Source: the human T2T-CHM13v2.0 reference genome, Homo sapiens. Taken from it: DNA of 64,000 nucleotides. The notes under the pieces were generated by a model. The model did not search any database, was not told where the DNA came from, and worked only from the letters and a program-made list of their open reading frames with translations. The DNA lies in NCBI RefSeq assembly GCF_009914755.1, contig NC_060927.1; one strand, given 5' to 3'. Position numbers and translations under genes: made by a program. Shown piece by piece: positions 26,701 through 41,700 of this stretch (position 1 is its first letter; every line of letters begins with the position of its first letter).

Positions 26701-29700
26701 TGAAATCTCCACTTGCAAATTCCACAAAAAGAGAGTTTCAAATCTGCTCTGTCTAAAGGAAGGTTCAACTCTGTGAGTTGAATACACACCACAAAAAGAA
26801 GTTACTGAGAATTCTTCTGTCTAGCATTATATGAAAAATCCCGTTTCCAACGAAGGCCACAAAGAGGTCCAAATATCCACTTGCAGATTCTGCAAAAAGA
26901 GTGTTTCCAAACTGCTCTATGAAAAGAAACGTTAAACTCTGTGAGTTGAACGCAAACATCACAAAGTAGTTTCTGAGAATGACTCCGTCTAGTTTTTATA
27001 CGAAGATATTTCCTTTTCTACCATTCACTTCAAAGCGCTTGAAGTCTCCCCCTGAAAATTCCACAAAAAGTGTTTCCAATCTGCTCCGCCTAAAGGAAGC
27101 TTCAACTCTGTGAGTTGAATACCCACAACCCAAAGAAGTTACTGAGAATTCTTCTGTCTAGCAGTATATGAAGAAATCCCGTTTCCAACGAAGGCCTCAA
27201 ATACATCCAAATATCCAGTTGCTGACTTTACAAACTGAGTGTTTCCAAACTGCTCTATGAAAAGAAAGGTTAAACACTGTGAGTTGAACACACACGTACC
27301 AAAGTAGTTTCTGAGAATGATTCTGTCTAGTTTGCATACGAAGATATTTCCTTTTCTACCATTGGCCTCAAAGCTCTGAAATCTCCACTTGCAAATTCCA
27401 CAAAAAGAGAGTTTCAAATCTGCTGTTTCTAAAGGAAAGTTCAACTCTGAGAGTTGAATACACACCAGAAAAAGCAGTTACTGAGAAGTCTTCTGTCTAG
27501 CATTATATGAAGAAATCCCATTTCCAACGAAGACTTCAAAGAGGTCCAAATATCCACTTGCAGATTCTGCAAAAAGAGTGTTTCGAAACAACTGTATGAA
27601 AAGAAAGGTTAAACACTGTGAGTTGAACGCACACATTGCAAAGCAGTTTCTGAGAATGATTCCGTCTAATTATTATACGAAGGTATTTCCTTTTCTATCA
27701 TTGGCCTCAAAGCGCTTGATACCTCCACCTGAAAATTCCACAAAAAGAGTGTTTCCAATCTACTCTGTCTAAAGGAACGTTCAACTCTGTGAGTTGAATA
27801 CACACACACAGAAAGAATTCACTGAGAATTCTTCTGTCTGGCATTACATGAAGAAATCCCGTTTCCAACGAAGGCCTCAAAGAGGTCCAAATATCCACTT
27901 GCAGATTCTGCAAAAAGAGTGTTTCAAAACCGCTCCATTAAAAGGAATGTTGAACTCTGTGAGTTGAATGCAAACATCACAACTCAGTTGCTGAGAATGC
28001 TTCTGACTAGATTTTATGGTAAGATATTTCCTTTTCTACCGTAGGCTTCAATGCCCTCTAAATACACCCTTGCAAATTCTACAAAGAGACTGTTTCATAA
28101 CTGCTCTATAGGAAGAAAGGTTGAACTCTGTGAGTTGAATGCAGAGATCACAACGTGGTTTCTGCGAATGATTCTTTGTAGTTTTTACATGAAGATATTT
28201 CGTTGTCAACCGTAGGCTTCAAAGCACTCAAAGTATTCACTTGGAACTTTTACAAAAAGAGTGTTAGAAAACTGCTCTTTCCAAAGTAAGGTTCAACTCT
28301 GTGAGTTGAATGCACACATAACAATCAAGAAGTTTCTGAGAATTCTTCTGTCCTGGTTTATATGAAAAAATCCCGTTTCCAACGAAGGCCTCAAAGACGT
28401 TTAAATATCCACTTGCAGACTTCACAAACAGAGTGTTTCCAAACTGCTCTATGAAAAGAAAGGTTAAACTCTGTGAGTTGAACGCACACATCACAAAGTA
28501 GTTTCTGAGAATGATACTGTCTAGTTTTTATACGAAGATATTTCCTTTCTACCATTGGCGTCAAAGCGCTAGAATTCTCCACTTGCAAATTCCACAAAAA
28601 GAGTGTTTCCAATCTGCTCTTTCTAAAGGAAGGTTCAACTCTGTGAGTTGAATACACACACACAAAGAAGCTACTGAGAATTCTTTTGTCAAGAATTATA
28701 AGAAGAAATCCCGTTTCCAACGAAGGCCTCAAAGAGTTCCAAATATCCACTTGCACACTGCACAAACTAAGTCTTTCCAAACTGCTCTATGCAAAGAAAT
28801 GTTCAACTCTGTGAGTTTAATACACACATCACAAAGCAGTTTCTGAGAATGATACTGTCTAGTTTTTATACGAAGATATTTCCTTTTGTACCATTGGCCT
28901 CATACTGCTAGAATTTTCCACTTGCAAATTCCACAAAAAGAGTGTTTCCAATCCGCTCTGTCTAAAGGAAGTTTCAACTCTCTGATTTGAATACATACAT
29001 CCCAAAAGAAGTTACTGAGAATTCTTCTGTCTAGCATTATGTGAAGAAATCCCGTTTCCAACGAAAGCCTCAAAGAGGTCCAAATATCCAGTTGCAGAAT
29101 TTACAAACTGACTGTTTCCAAACTCATCTATGAAAAGAAAGGTTAAACTCTGTGAGTTGAATGCACATATCACAAAGTAGTTCCTGAGAATGATTCTGTC
29201 TAGTTTTTATACGAAGATATTTCCTTTTCCACCAATGGCCTCAAAGTGCTTGAAATCTCCCCTTGCAAATTCCACAGACAAGTGTTTCAAATCTGCACTG
29301 TCTAAAGGAAGGTTCAACCCTGTGAGTTGAATACACACACACAGAAACAAATTCACTGAGAATTCTATTGTCTATCATTACACGAAGAAATCCCGTTTAC
29401 TACGAAGGCCTCAAAGAGGTCCAAATATCCAGCTGCAGACATTACAAACTGAGTGTTTCCAAAGTGCTCTATGAAAAGAAGTGTTAAACACTGTGAGTTC
29501 AATGCACACATCCCAAAGCAGTTTCTGAGAATGATTCCGTCTATTTTTTCTACGAAGATATTTCCTTTTCTGCCGTTGGCCTCAAAGCGCTTGAAATCTC
29601 CACTTGCAAATTCCACAAAAAGAGAGTTTCAAATCTGCTCTGTCTAAAGGAAGGTTCAACTCTGTGAGTTGAATACACACCACAAAAAGAAGTTACTGAG

Positions 29701-32700
29701 AATTCTTCTGTCTAGCATTATATGAAAAATCCCGTTTCCAACGAAGGCCACAAAGAGGTCCAAATATCCACTTGCAGATTCTGCAAAAAGAGTGTTTCCA
29801 AACTGCTCTATGAAAAGAAACGTTAAACTCTGTGAGTTGAACGCAAACATCACAAAGTAGTTTCTGAGAATGACTCCGTCTAGTTTTTATACGAAGATAT
29901 TTCCTTTTCTACCATTCACTTCAAAGCGCTTGAAGTCTCCCCCTGAAAATTCCACAAAAAGTGTTTCCAATCTGCTCCGCCTAAAGGAAGCTTCAACTCT
30001 GTGAGTTGAATACCCACAACCCAAAGAAGTTACTGAGAATTCTTCTGGCTAGCAGTATATGAAGAAATCCCGTTTCCAACGAAGGCCTCAAATACATCCA
30101 AATATCCAGTTGCTGACTTTACAAACTGAGTGTTTCCAAACTGCTCTATGAAAAGAAAGGTTAAACACTGTGAGTTGAACACACACGTACCAAAGTAGTT
30201 TCTGAGAATGATTCTGTCTAGTTTGCATACGAAGATATTTCCTTTTCTACCAGTGGCCTCAAAGCTCTGAAATCTCCACTTGCAAATTCCACAAAAAGAG
30301 AGTTTCAAATCTGCTGTTTCTAAAGGAAAGTTCAACTCTGAGAGTTGAATACACACCAGAAAAAGCAGTTACTGAGAAGTCTTCTGTCTAGCATTATATG
30401 AAGAAATCCCATTTCCAACGAAGACTTCAAAGAGGTCCAAATATCCACTTGCAGATTCTGCAAAAAGAGTGTTTCGAAACAACTGTATGAAAAGAAAGGT
30501 TAAACACTGTGAGTTGAACGCACACATTGCAAAGCAGTTTCTGAGAATGATTCTGTCTAATTATTATACGAAGGTATTTCCTTTTCTATCATTGGCCTCA
30601 AAGCGCTTGATACCTCCACCTGAAAATTCCACAAAAAGAGTGTTTCCAATCTACTCTGTCTAAAGGAACGTTCAACTCTGTGAGTTGAATACACACACAC
30701 AGAAAGAATTCACTGAGAATTCTTCTGTCTGGCATTACATGAAGAAATCCCGTTTCCAACGAAGGCCTCAAAGAGGTCCAAATATCCACTTGCAGATTCT
30801 GCAAAAAGAGTGTTTCAAAACCGCTCCATTAAAAGGAATGTTGAACTCTGTGAGTTGAATGCAAACATCACAACTCAGTTGCTGAGAATGCTTCTGACTA
30901 GATTTTATGGTAAGATATTTCCTTTTCTACCGTAGGCTTCAATGCCCTCTAAATACACCCTTGCAAATTCTACAAAGAGACTGTTTCATAACTGCTCTAT
31001 AGGAAGAAAGGTTCAACTCTGTGAGTTGAATGCAGAGATCACAACGTGGTTTCTGCGAATGATTCTTTGTAGTTTTTACATGAAGATATTTCGTTGTCAA
31101 CCGTAGGCTTCAAAGCACTCAAAGTATTCACTTGGAACTTTTACAAAAAGAGTGTTAGAAAACTGCTCTTTCCAAAGTAAGGTTCAACTCTGTGAGTTGA
31201 ATGCACACATAACAATCAAGAAGTTTCTGAGAATTCTTCTGTCCTGGTTTATATGAAAAAATCCCGTTTCCAACGAAGGCCTCAAAGACGTTTAAATATC
31301 CACTTGCAGACTTCACAAACAGAGTGTTTCCAAACTGCTCTATGAAAAGAAAGGTTAAACTCTGTGAGTTGAACGCACACATCACAAAGTAGTTTCTGAG
31401 AATGATACTGTCTAGTTTTTATACGAAGATATTTCCTTTCTACCATTGGCGTCAAAGCGCTAGAATTCTCCACTTGCAAATTCCACAAAAAGAGTGTTTC
31501 CAATCTGCTCTTTCTAAAGGAAGGTTCAACTCTGTGAGTTGAATACACACACACAAAGAAGCTACTGAGAATTCTTTTGTCAAGAATTATAAGAAGAAAT
31601 CCCGTTTCCAAAGAAGGCCTCAAAGAGTTCCAAATATCCACTTGCACACTGCACAAACTAAGTCTTTCCAAACTGCTCTATGCAAAGAAATGTTCAACTC
31701 TGTGAGTTTAATACACACATCACAAAGCAGTTTCTGAGAATGATACTGTCTAGTTTTTATACGAAGATATTTCCTTTTGTACCATTGGCCTCATACTGCT
31801 AGAATTTTCCACTTGCAAATTCCACAAAAAGAGTGTTTCCAATCCGCTCTGTCTAAAGGAAGGTTCAACTCTCTGATTTGAATACATACATCCCAAAAGA
31901 AGTTACTGAGAATTCTTCTGTCTAGCATTATGTGAAGAAATCCCGTTTCCAACGAAAGCCTCAAAGAGGTCCAAATATCCAGTTGCAGAATTTACAAACT
32001 GACTGTTTCCAAACTCATCTATGAAAAGAAAGGTTAAACTCTGTGAGTTGAATGCACATATCACAAAGTAGTTCCTGAGAATGATTCTGTCTAGTTTTTA
32101 TACGAAGATATTTCCTTTTCCACCAATGGCCTCAAAGTGCTTGAAATCTCCCCTTGCAAATTCCACAGACAAGTGTTTCAAATCTGCACTGTCTAAAGGA
32201 AGGTTCAACCCTGTGAGTTGAATACACACACACAGAAACAAATTCACTGAGAATTCTATTGTCTATCATTACACGAAGAAATCCCGTTTACTACGAAGGC
32301 CTCAAAGAGGTCCAAATATCCAGCTGCAGACATTACAAACTGAGTGTTTCCAAAGTGCTCTATGAAAAGAAGTGTTAAGCACTGTGAGTTCAATGCACAC
32401 ATCCCAAAGCAGTTTCTGAGAATGATTCCGTCTATTTTTTCTACGAAGATATTTCCTTTTCTACCGTTGGCCTCAAAGCGCTTGAAATCTCCACTTGCAA
32501 ATTCCACAAAAAGAGAGTTTCAAATCTGCTCTGTCTAAAGGAAGGTTCAACTCTGTGAGTTGAATACACACCACAAAAAGAAGTTACTGAGAATTCTTCT
32601 GTCTAGCATTATATGAAAAATCCCGTTTCCAACGAAGGCCACAAAGAGGTCCAAATATCCACTTGCAGATTCTGTAAAAAGAGTGTTTCCAAACTGCTCT

Positions 32701-35700
32701 ATGAAAAGAAACGTTAAACTCTGTGAGTTGAACGCAAACATGACAAAGTAGTTTCTGAGAATGACTCCGTCTAGTTTTTATACGAAGATATTTCCTTTTC
32801 TACCATTCACTTCAAAGCGCTTGAAGTCTCCCCCTGAAAATTCCACAAAAAGTGTTTCCAATCTGCTCCGCCTAAAGGAAGCTTCAACTCTGTGAGTTGA
32901 ATACCCACAACCCAAAGAAGTTACTGAGAATTCTTCTGTCTAGCAGTATATGAAGAAATCCCGTTTCCAACGAAGGCCTCAAATACATCCAAATATCCAG
33001 TTGCTGACTTTACAAACTGAGTGTTTCCAAACTGCTCTATGAAAAGAAAGGTTAAACACTGTGAGTTGAACACACACGTACCAAAGTAGTTTCTGAGAAT
33101 GATTCTGTCTAGTTTGCATACGAAGATATTTCCTTTTCTACCATTGGCCTCAAAGCTCTGAAATCTCCACTTGCAAATTCCACAAAAAGAGAGTTTCAAA
33201 TCTGCTGTTTCTAAAGGAAAGTTCAACTCTGAGAGTTGAATACACACCAGAAAAAGCAGTTACTGAGAAGTCTTCTGTCTAGCATTATATGAAGAAATCC
33301 CATTTCCAACGAAGACTTCAAAGAGGTCCAAATATCCACTTGCAGATTCTGCAAAAAGAGTGTTTCGAAACAACTGTATGAAAAGAAAGGTTAAACACTG
33401 TGAGTTGAACGCACACATTGCAAAGCAGTTTCTGAGAATGATTCCGTCTAATTATTATACGAAGGTATTTCCTTTTCTATCATTGGCCTCAAAGCGCTTG
33501 ATACCTCCACCTGAAAATTCCACAAAAAGAGTGTTTCCAATCTACTCTGTCTAAAGGAACGTTCAACTCTGTGAGTTGAATACACACACACAGAAAGAAT
33601 TCACTGAGAATTCTTCTGTCTGGCATTACATGAAGAAATCCCGTTTCCAACGAAGGCCTCAAAGAGGTCCAAATATCCACTTGCAGATTCTGCAAAAAGA
33701 GTGTTTCAAAACCGCTCCATTAAAAGGAATGTTGAACTCTGTGAGTTGAATGCAAACATCACAACTCAGTTTCTGAGAATGCTTCTGACTAGATTTTATG
33801 GTAAGATATTTCCTTTTCTACCGTAGGCTTCAATGCCCTCTAAATACACCCTTGCAAATTCTACAAAGAGACTGTTTCATAACTGCTCTATAGGAAGAAA
33901 GGTTCAACTCTGTGAGTTGAATGCAGAGATCACAACGTGGTTTCTGCGAATGATTCTTTGTAGTTTTTACATGAAGATATTTCGTTGTCAACCGTAGGCT
34001 TCAAAGCACTCAAAGTATTCACTTGGAACTTTTACAAAAAGAGTGTTAGAAAACTGCTCTTTCCAAAGTAAGGTTCAACTCTGTGAGTTGAATGCACACA
34101 TAACAATCAAGAAGTTTCTGAGAATTCTTCTGTCCTGGTTTATATGAAAAAATCCCGTTTCCAACGAAGGCCTCAAAGACGTTTAAATATCCACTTGCAG
34201 ACTTCACAAACAGAGTGTTTCCAAACTGCTCTATGAAAAGAAAGGTTAAACTCTGTGAGTTGAACGCACACATCACAAAGTAGTTTCTGAGAATGATACT
34301 GTCTAGTTTTTATACGAAGATATTTCCTTTCTACCATTGGCGTCAAAGCGCTAGAATTCTCCACTTGCAAATTCCACAAAAAGAGTGTTTCCAATCTGCT
34401 CTGTCTAAAGGAAGGTTCAACTCTGTGAGTTGAATACACACACACAAAGAAGCTACTGAGAATTCTTTTGTCAAGAATTATAAGAAGAAATCCCGTTTCC
34501 AACGAAGGCCTCAAAGAGTTCCAAATATCCACTTGCACACTGCACAAACTAAGTCTTTCCAAACTGCTCTATGCAAAGAAATGTTCAACTCTGTGAGTTT
34601 AATACACACATCACAAAGCAGTTTCTGAGAATGATACTGTCTAGTTTTTATACGAAGATATTTCCTTTTGTACCATTGGCGTCATACTGCTAGAATTTTC
34701 CACTTGCAAATTCCACAAAAAGAGTGTTTCCAATCCGCTCTGTCTAAAGGAAGGTTCAACTCTCTGATTTGAATACATACATCCCAAAAGAAGTTACTGA
34801 GAATTCTTCTGTCTAGCATTATGTGAAGAAATCCCGTTTCCAACGAAAGCCTCAAAGAGGTCCAAATATCCAGTTGCAGAATTTACAAACTGACTGTTTC
34901 CAAACTCATCTATGAAAAGAAAGGTTAAACTCTGTGAGTTGAATGCACATATCACAAAGTAGTTCCTGAGAATGATTCTGTCTAGTTTTTATACGAAGAT
35001 ATTTCCTTTTCCACCAATGGCCTCAAAGTGCTTGAAATCTCCCCTTGCAAATTCCACAGACAAGTGTTTCAAATCTGCACTGTCTAAAGGAAGGTTCAAC
35101 CCTGTGAGTTGAATACACACACACAGAAACAAATTCACTGAGAATTCTATTGTCTATCATTACACGAAGAAATCCCGTTTACTACGAAGGCCTCAAAGAG
35201 GTCCAAATATCCAGCTGCAGACATTACAAACTGAGTGTTTCCAAAGTGCTCTATGAAAAGAAGTGTTAAACACTGTGAGTTCAATGCACACATCCCAAAG
35301 CAGTTTCTGAGAATGATTCCGTCTATTTTTTCTACGAAGATATTTCCTTTTCTGCCGTTGGCCTCAAAGCGCTTGAAATCTCCACTTGCAAATTCCACAA
35401 AAAGAGAGTTTCAAATCTGCTCTGTCTAAAGGAAGGTTCAACTCTGTGAGTTGAATACACACCACAAAAAGAAGTTACTGAGAATTCTTCTGTCTAGCAT
35501 TATATGAAAAATCCCATTTCCAACGAAGGCCACAAAGAGGTCCAAATATCCACTTGCAGATTCTGCAAAAAGAGTGTTTCCAAACTGCTCTATGAAAAGA
35601 AACGTTAAACTCTGTGAGTTGAACGCAAACATCACAAAGTAGTTTCTGAGAATGACTCCGTCTAGTTTTTATACGAAGATATTTCCTTTCCTACCATTCA

Positions 35701-38700
35701 CTTCAAAGCGCTTGAAGTCTCCCCCTGAAAATTCCACAAAAAGTGTTTCCAATCTGCTCTGCCTAAAGGAAGCTTCAACTCTGTGAGTTGAATACCCACA
35801 ACCCAAAGAAGTTACTGAGAATTCTTCTGTCTAGCATTATATGAAGAAATCCCGTTTCCAACGAAGGCCTCAAATACATCCAAATATCCAGTTGCTGACT
35901 TTACAAACTGAGTGTTTCCAAACTGCTCTATGAAAAGAAAGGTTAAACACTGTGAGTTGAACACACACGTACCAAAGTAGTTTCTGAGAATGATTCTGTC
36001 TAGTTTGCATACGAAGATATTTCCTTTTCTACCAGTGGCCTCAAAGCTCTGAAATCTCCACTTGCAAATTCCACAAAAAGAGAGTTTCAAATCTGCTGTT
36101 TCTAAAGGAAAGTTCAACTCTGAGAGTTGAATACACACCAGAAAAAGCAGTTACTGAGAAGTCTTCTGTCTAGCATTATATGAAGAAATCCCATTTCCAA
36201 CGAAGACTTCAAAGAGGTCCAAATATCCACTTGCAGATTCTGCAAAAAGAGTGTTTCGAAACAACTGTATGAAAAGAAAGGTTAAACACTGTGAGTTGAA
36301 CGCACACATTGCAAAGCAGTTTCTGAGAATGATTCCGTCTAATTATTATACGAAGGTATTTCCTTTTCTATCATTGGCCTCAAAGCGCTTGATACCTCCA
36401 CCTGAAAATTCCACAAAAAGAGTGTTTCCAATCTACTCTGTCTAAAGGAACGTTCAACTCTGTGAGTTGAATACACACACACAGAAAGAATTCACTGAGA
36501 ATTCTTCTGTCTGGCATTACATGAAGAAATCCCGTTTCCAACGAAGGCCTCAAAGAGGTCCAAATATCCACTTGCAGATTCTGCAAAAAGAGTGTTTCAA
36601 AACCGCTCCATTAAAAGGAATGTTGAACTCTGTGAGTTGAATGCAAACATCACAACTCAGTTTCTGAGAATGCTTCTGACTAGATTTTATGGTAAGATAT
36701 TTCCTTTTCTACCGTAGGCTTCAATGCCCTCTAAATACACCCTTGCAAATTCTACAAAGAGACTGTTTCATAACTGCTCTATAGGAAGAAAGGTTCAACT
36801 CTGTGAGTTGAATGCAGAGATCACAACGTGGTTTCTGCGAATGATTCTTTGTAGTTTTTACATGAAGATATTTCGTTGTCAACCGTAGGCTTCAAAGCAC
36901 TCAAAGTATTCACTTGGAACTTTTACAAAAAGAGTGTTAGAAAACTGCTCTTTCCAAAGTAAGGTTCAACTCTGTGAGTTGAATGCACACATAACAATCA
37001 AGAAGTTTCTGAGAATTCTTCTGTCCTGGTTTATATGAACAAATCCCGTTTCCAACGAAGGCCTCAAAGACGTTTAAATATCCACTTGCAGACTTCACAA
37101 ACAGAGTGTTTCCAAACTGCTCTATGAAAAGAAAGGTTAAACTCTGTGAGTTGAACGCACACATCACAAAGTAGTTTCTGAGAATGATACTGTCTAGTTT
37201 TTATACGAAGATATTTCCTTTCTACCATTGGCGTCAAAGCGCTAGAATTCTCCACTTGCAAATTCCACAAAAAGAGTGTTTCCAATCTGCTCTTTCTAAA
37301 GGAAGGTTCAACTCTGTGAGTTGAATACACACACACAAAGAAGCTACTGAGAATTCTTTTGTCAAGAATTATAAGAAGAAATCCCGTTTCCAAAGAAGGC
37401 CTCAAAGAGTTCCAAATATCCACTTGCACACTGCACAAACTAAGTCTTTCCAAACTGCTCTATGCAAAGAAATGTTCAACTCTGTGAGTTTAATACACAC
37501 ATCACAAAGCAGTTTCTGAGAATGATACTGTCTAGTTTTTATACGAAGATATTTCCTTTTGTACCATTGGCCTCATACTGCTAGAATTTTCCACTTGCAA
37601 ATTCCACAAAAAGAGTGTTTCCAATCCGCTCTGTCTAAAGGAAGGTTCAACTCTCTGATTTGAATACATACATCCCAAAAGAAGTTACTGAGAATTCTTC
37701 TGTCTAGCATTATGTGAAGAAATCCCGTTTCCAACGAAAGCCTCAAAGAGGTCCAAATATCCAGTTGCAGAATTTACAAACTGACTGTTTCCAAACTCAT
37801 CTATGAAAAGAAAGGTTAAACTCTGTGAGTTGAATGCACATATCACAAAGTAGTTCCTGAGAATGATTCTGTCTAGTTTTTATACGAAGATATTTCCTTT
37901 TCCACCAATGGCCTCAAAGTGCTTGAAATCTCCCCTTGCAAATTCCACAGACAAGTGTTTCAAATCTGCACTGTCTAAAGGAAGGTTCAACCCTGTGAGT
38001 TGAATACACACACACAGAAACAAATTCACTGAGAATTCTATTGTCTATCATTACACGAAGAAATCCCGTTTACTACGAAGGCCTCAAAGAGGTCCAAATA
38101 TCCAGCTGCAGACATTACAAACTGAGTGTTTCCAAAGTGCTCTATGAAAAGAAGTGTTAAGCACTGTGAGTTCAATGCACACATCCCAAAGCAGTTTCTG
38201 AGAATGATTCCGTCTATTTTTTCTACGAAGATATTTCCTTTTCTACCGTTGGCCTCAAAGCGCTTGAAATCTCCACTTGCAAATTCCACAAAAAGAGAGT
38301 TTCAAATCTGCTCTGTCTAAAGGAAGGTTCAACTCTGTGAGTTGAATACACACCACAAAAAGAAGTTACTGAGAATTCTTCTGTCTAGCATTATATGAAA
38401 AATCCCGTTTCCAACGAAGGCCACAAAGAGGTCCAAATATCCACTTGCAGATTCTGTAAAAAGAGTGTTTCCAAACTGCTCTATGAAAAGAAACGTTAAA
38501 CTCTGTGAGTTGAACGCAAACATGACAAAGTAGTTTCTGAGAATGACTCCGTCTAGTTTTTATACGAAGATATTTCCTTTTCTACCATTCACTTCAAAGC
38601 GCTTGAAGTCTCCCCCTGAAAATTCCACAAAAAGTGTTTCCAATCTGCTCCGCCTAAAGGAAGCTTCAACTCTGTGAGTTGAATACCCACAACCCAAAGA

Positions 38701-41700
38701 AGTTACTGAGAATTCTTCTGTCTAGCAGTATATGAAGAAATCCCGTTTCCAACGAAGGCCTCAAATACATCCAAATATCCAGTTGCTGACTTTACAAACT
38801 GAGTGTTTCCAAACTGCTCTATGAAAAGAAAGGTTAAACACTGTGAGTTGAACACACACGTACCAAAGTAGTTTCTGAGAATGATTCTGTCTAGTTTGCA
38901 TACGAAGATATTTCCTTTTCTACCATTGGCGTCAAAGCTCTGAAATCTCCACTTGCAAATTCCACAAAAAGAGAGTTTCAAATCTGCTGTTTCTAAAGGA
39001 AAGTTCAACTCTGAGAGTTGAATACACACCAGAAAATGCAGTTACTGAGAAGTCTTCTGTCTAGCATTATATGAAGAAATCCCATTTCCAACGAAGACTT
39101 CAAAGAGGTCCAAATATCCACTTGCAGATTCTGCAAAAAGAGTGTTTCGAAACAACTGTATGAAAAGAAAGGTTAAACACTGTGAGTTGAACGCACACAT
39201 TGCAAAGCAGTTTCTGAGAATGATTCCGTCTAATTATTATACGAAGGTATTTCCTTTTCTATCATTGGCCTCAAAGCGCTTGATACCTCCACCTGAAAAT
39301 TCCACAAAAAGAGTGTTTCCAATCTACTCTGTCTAAAGGAACGTTCAACTCTGTGAGTTGAATACACACACACAGAAAGAATTCACTGAGAATTCTTCTG
39401 TCTGGCATTACATGAAGAAATCCCGTTTCCAACGAAGGCCTCAAAGAGGTCCAAATATCCACTTGCAGATTCTGCAAAAAGAGTGTTTCAAAACCGCTCC
39501 ATTAAAAGGAATGTTGAACTCTGTGAGTTGAATGCAAACATCACAACTCAGTTTCTGAGAATGCTTCTGACTAGATTTTATGGTAAGATATTTCCTTTTC
39601 TACCGTAGGCTTCAATGCCCTCTAAATACACCCTTGCAAATTCTACAAAGAGACTGTTTCATAACTGCTCTATAGGAAGAAAGGTTCAACTCTGTGAGTT
39701 GAATGCAGAGATCACAACGTGGTTTCTGCGAATGATTCTTTGTAGTTTTTACATGAAGATATTTCGTTGTCAACCGTAGGCTTCAAAGCACTCAAAGTAT
39801 TCACTTGGAACTTTTACAAAAAGAGTGTTAGAAAACTGCTCTTTCCAAAGTAAGGTTCAACTCTGTGAGTTGAATGCACACATAACAATCAAGAAGTTTC
39901 TGAGAATTCTTCTGTCCTGGTTTATATGAAAAAATCCCGTTTCCAACGAAGGCCTCAAAGACGTTTAAATATCCACTTGCAGACTTCACAAACAGAGTGT
40001 TTCCAAACTGCTCTATGAAAAGAAAGGTTAAACTCTGTGAGTTGAACGCACACATCACAAAGTAGTTTCTGAGAATGATACTGTCTAGTTTTTATACGAA
40101 GATATTTCCTTTCTACCATTGGCGTCAAAGCGCTAGAATTCTCCACTTGCAAATTCCACAAAAAGAGTGTTTCCAATCTGCTCTGTCTAAAGGAAGGTTC
40201 AACTCTGTGAGTTGAATACACACACACAAAGAAGCTACTGAGAATTCTTTTGTCAAGAATTATAAGAAGAAATCCCGTTTCCAACGAAGGCCTCAAAGAG
40301 TTCCAAATATCCACTTGCACACTGCACAAACTAAGTCTTTCCAAACTGCTCTATGCAAAGAAATGTTCAACTCTGTGAGTTTAATACACACATCACAAAG
40401 CAGTTTCTGAGAATGATACTGTCTAGTTTTTATACGAAGATATTTCCTTTTGTACCATTGGCGTCATACTGCTAGAATTTTCCACTTGCAAATTCCACAA
40501 AAAGAGTGTTTCCAATCCGCTCTGTCTAAAGGAAGGTTCAACTCTCTGATTTGAATACATACATCCCAAAAGAAGTTACTGAGAATTCTTCTGTCTAGCA
40601 TTATGTGAAGAAATCCCGTTTCCAACGAAAGCCTCAAAGAGGTCCAAATATCCAGTTGCAGAATTTACAAACTGACTGTTTCCAAACTCATCTATGAAAA
40701 GAAAGGTTAAACTCTGTGAGTTGAATGCACATATCACAAAGTAGTTCCTGAGAATGATTCTGTCTAGTTTTTATACGAAGATATTTCCTTTTCCACCAAT
40801 GGCCTCAAAGTGCTTGAAATCTCCCCTTGCAAATTCCACAGACAAGTGTTTCAAATCTGCACTGTCGAAAGGAAGGTTCAACCCTGTGAGTTGAATACAC
40901 ACACACAGAAACAAATTCACTGAGAATTCTATTGTCTATCATTACACGAAGAAATCCCGTTTACTACGAAGGCCTCAAAGAGGTCCAAATATCCAGCTGC
41001 AGACATTACAAACTGAGTGTTTCCAAAGTGCTCTATGAAAAGAAGTGTTAAACACTGTGAGTTCAATGCACACATCCCAAAGCAGTTTCTGAGAATGATT
41101 CCGTCTATTTTTTCTACGAAGATATTTCCTTTTCTGCCGTTGGCCTCAAAGCGCTTGAAATCTCCACTTGCAAATTCCACAAAAAGAGAGTTTCAAATCT
41201 GCTCTGTCTAAAGGAAGGTTCAACTCTGTGAGTTGAATACACACCACAAAAAGAAGTTACTGAGAATTCTTCTGTCTAGCATTATATGAAAAATCCCATT
41301 TCCAACGAAGGCCACAAAGAGGTCCAAATATCCACTTGCAGATTCTGCAAAAAGAGTGTTTCCAAACTGCTCTATGAAAAGAAACGTTAAACTCTGTGAG
41401 TTGAACGCAAACATCACAAAGTAGTTTCTGAGAATGACTCCGTCTAGTTTTTATACGAAGATATTTCCTTTTCTACCGTTCACTTCAAAGCGCTTGAAGT
41501 CTCCCCCTGAAAATTCCACAAAAAGTGTTTCCAATCTGCTCCGCCTAAAGGAAGCTTCAACTCTGTGAGTTGAATACCCACAACCCAAAGAAGTTACTGA
41601 GAATTCTTCTGTCTAGCAGTATATGAAGAAATCCCGTTTCCAACGAAGGCCTCAAATACATCCAAATATCCAGTTGCTGACTTTACAAACTGAGTGTTTC

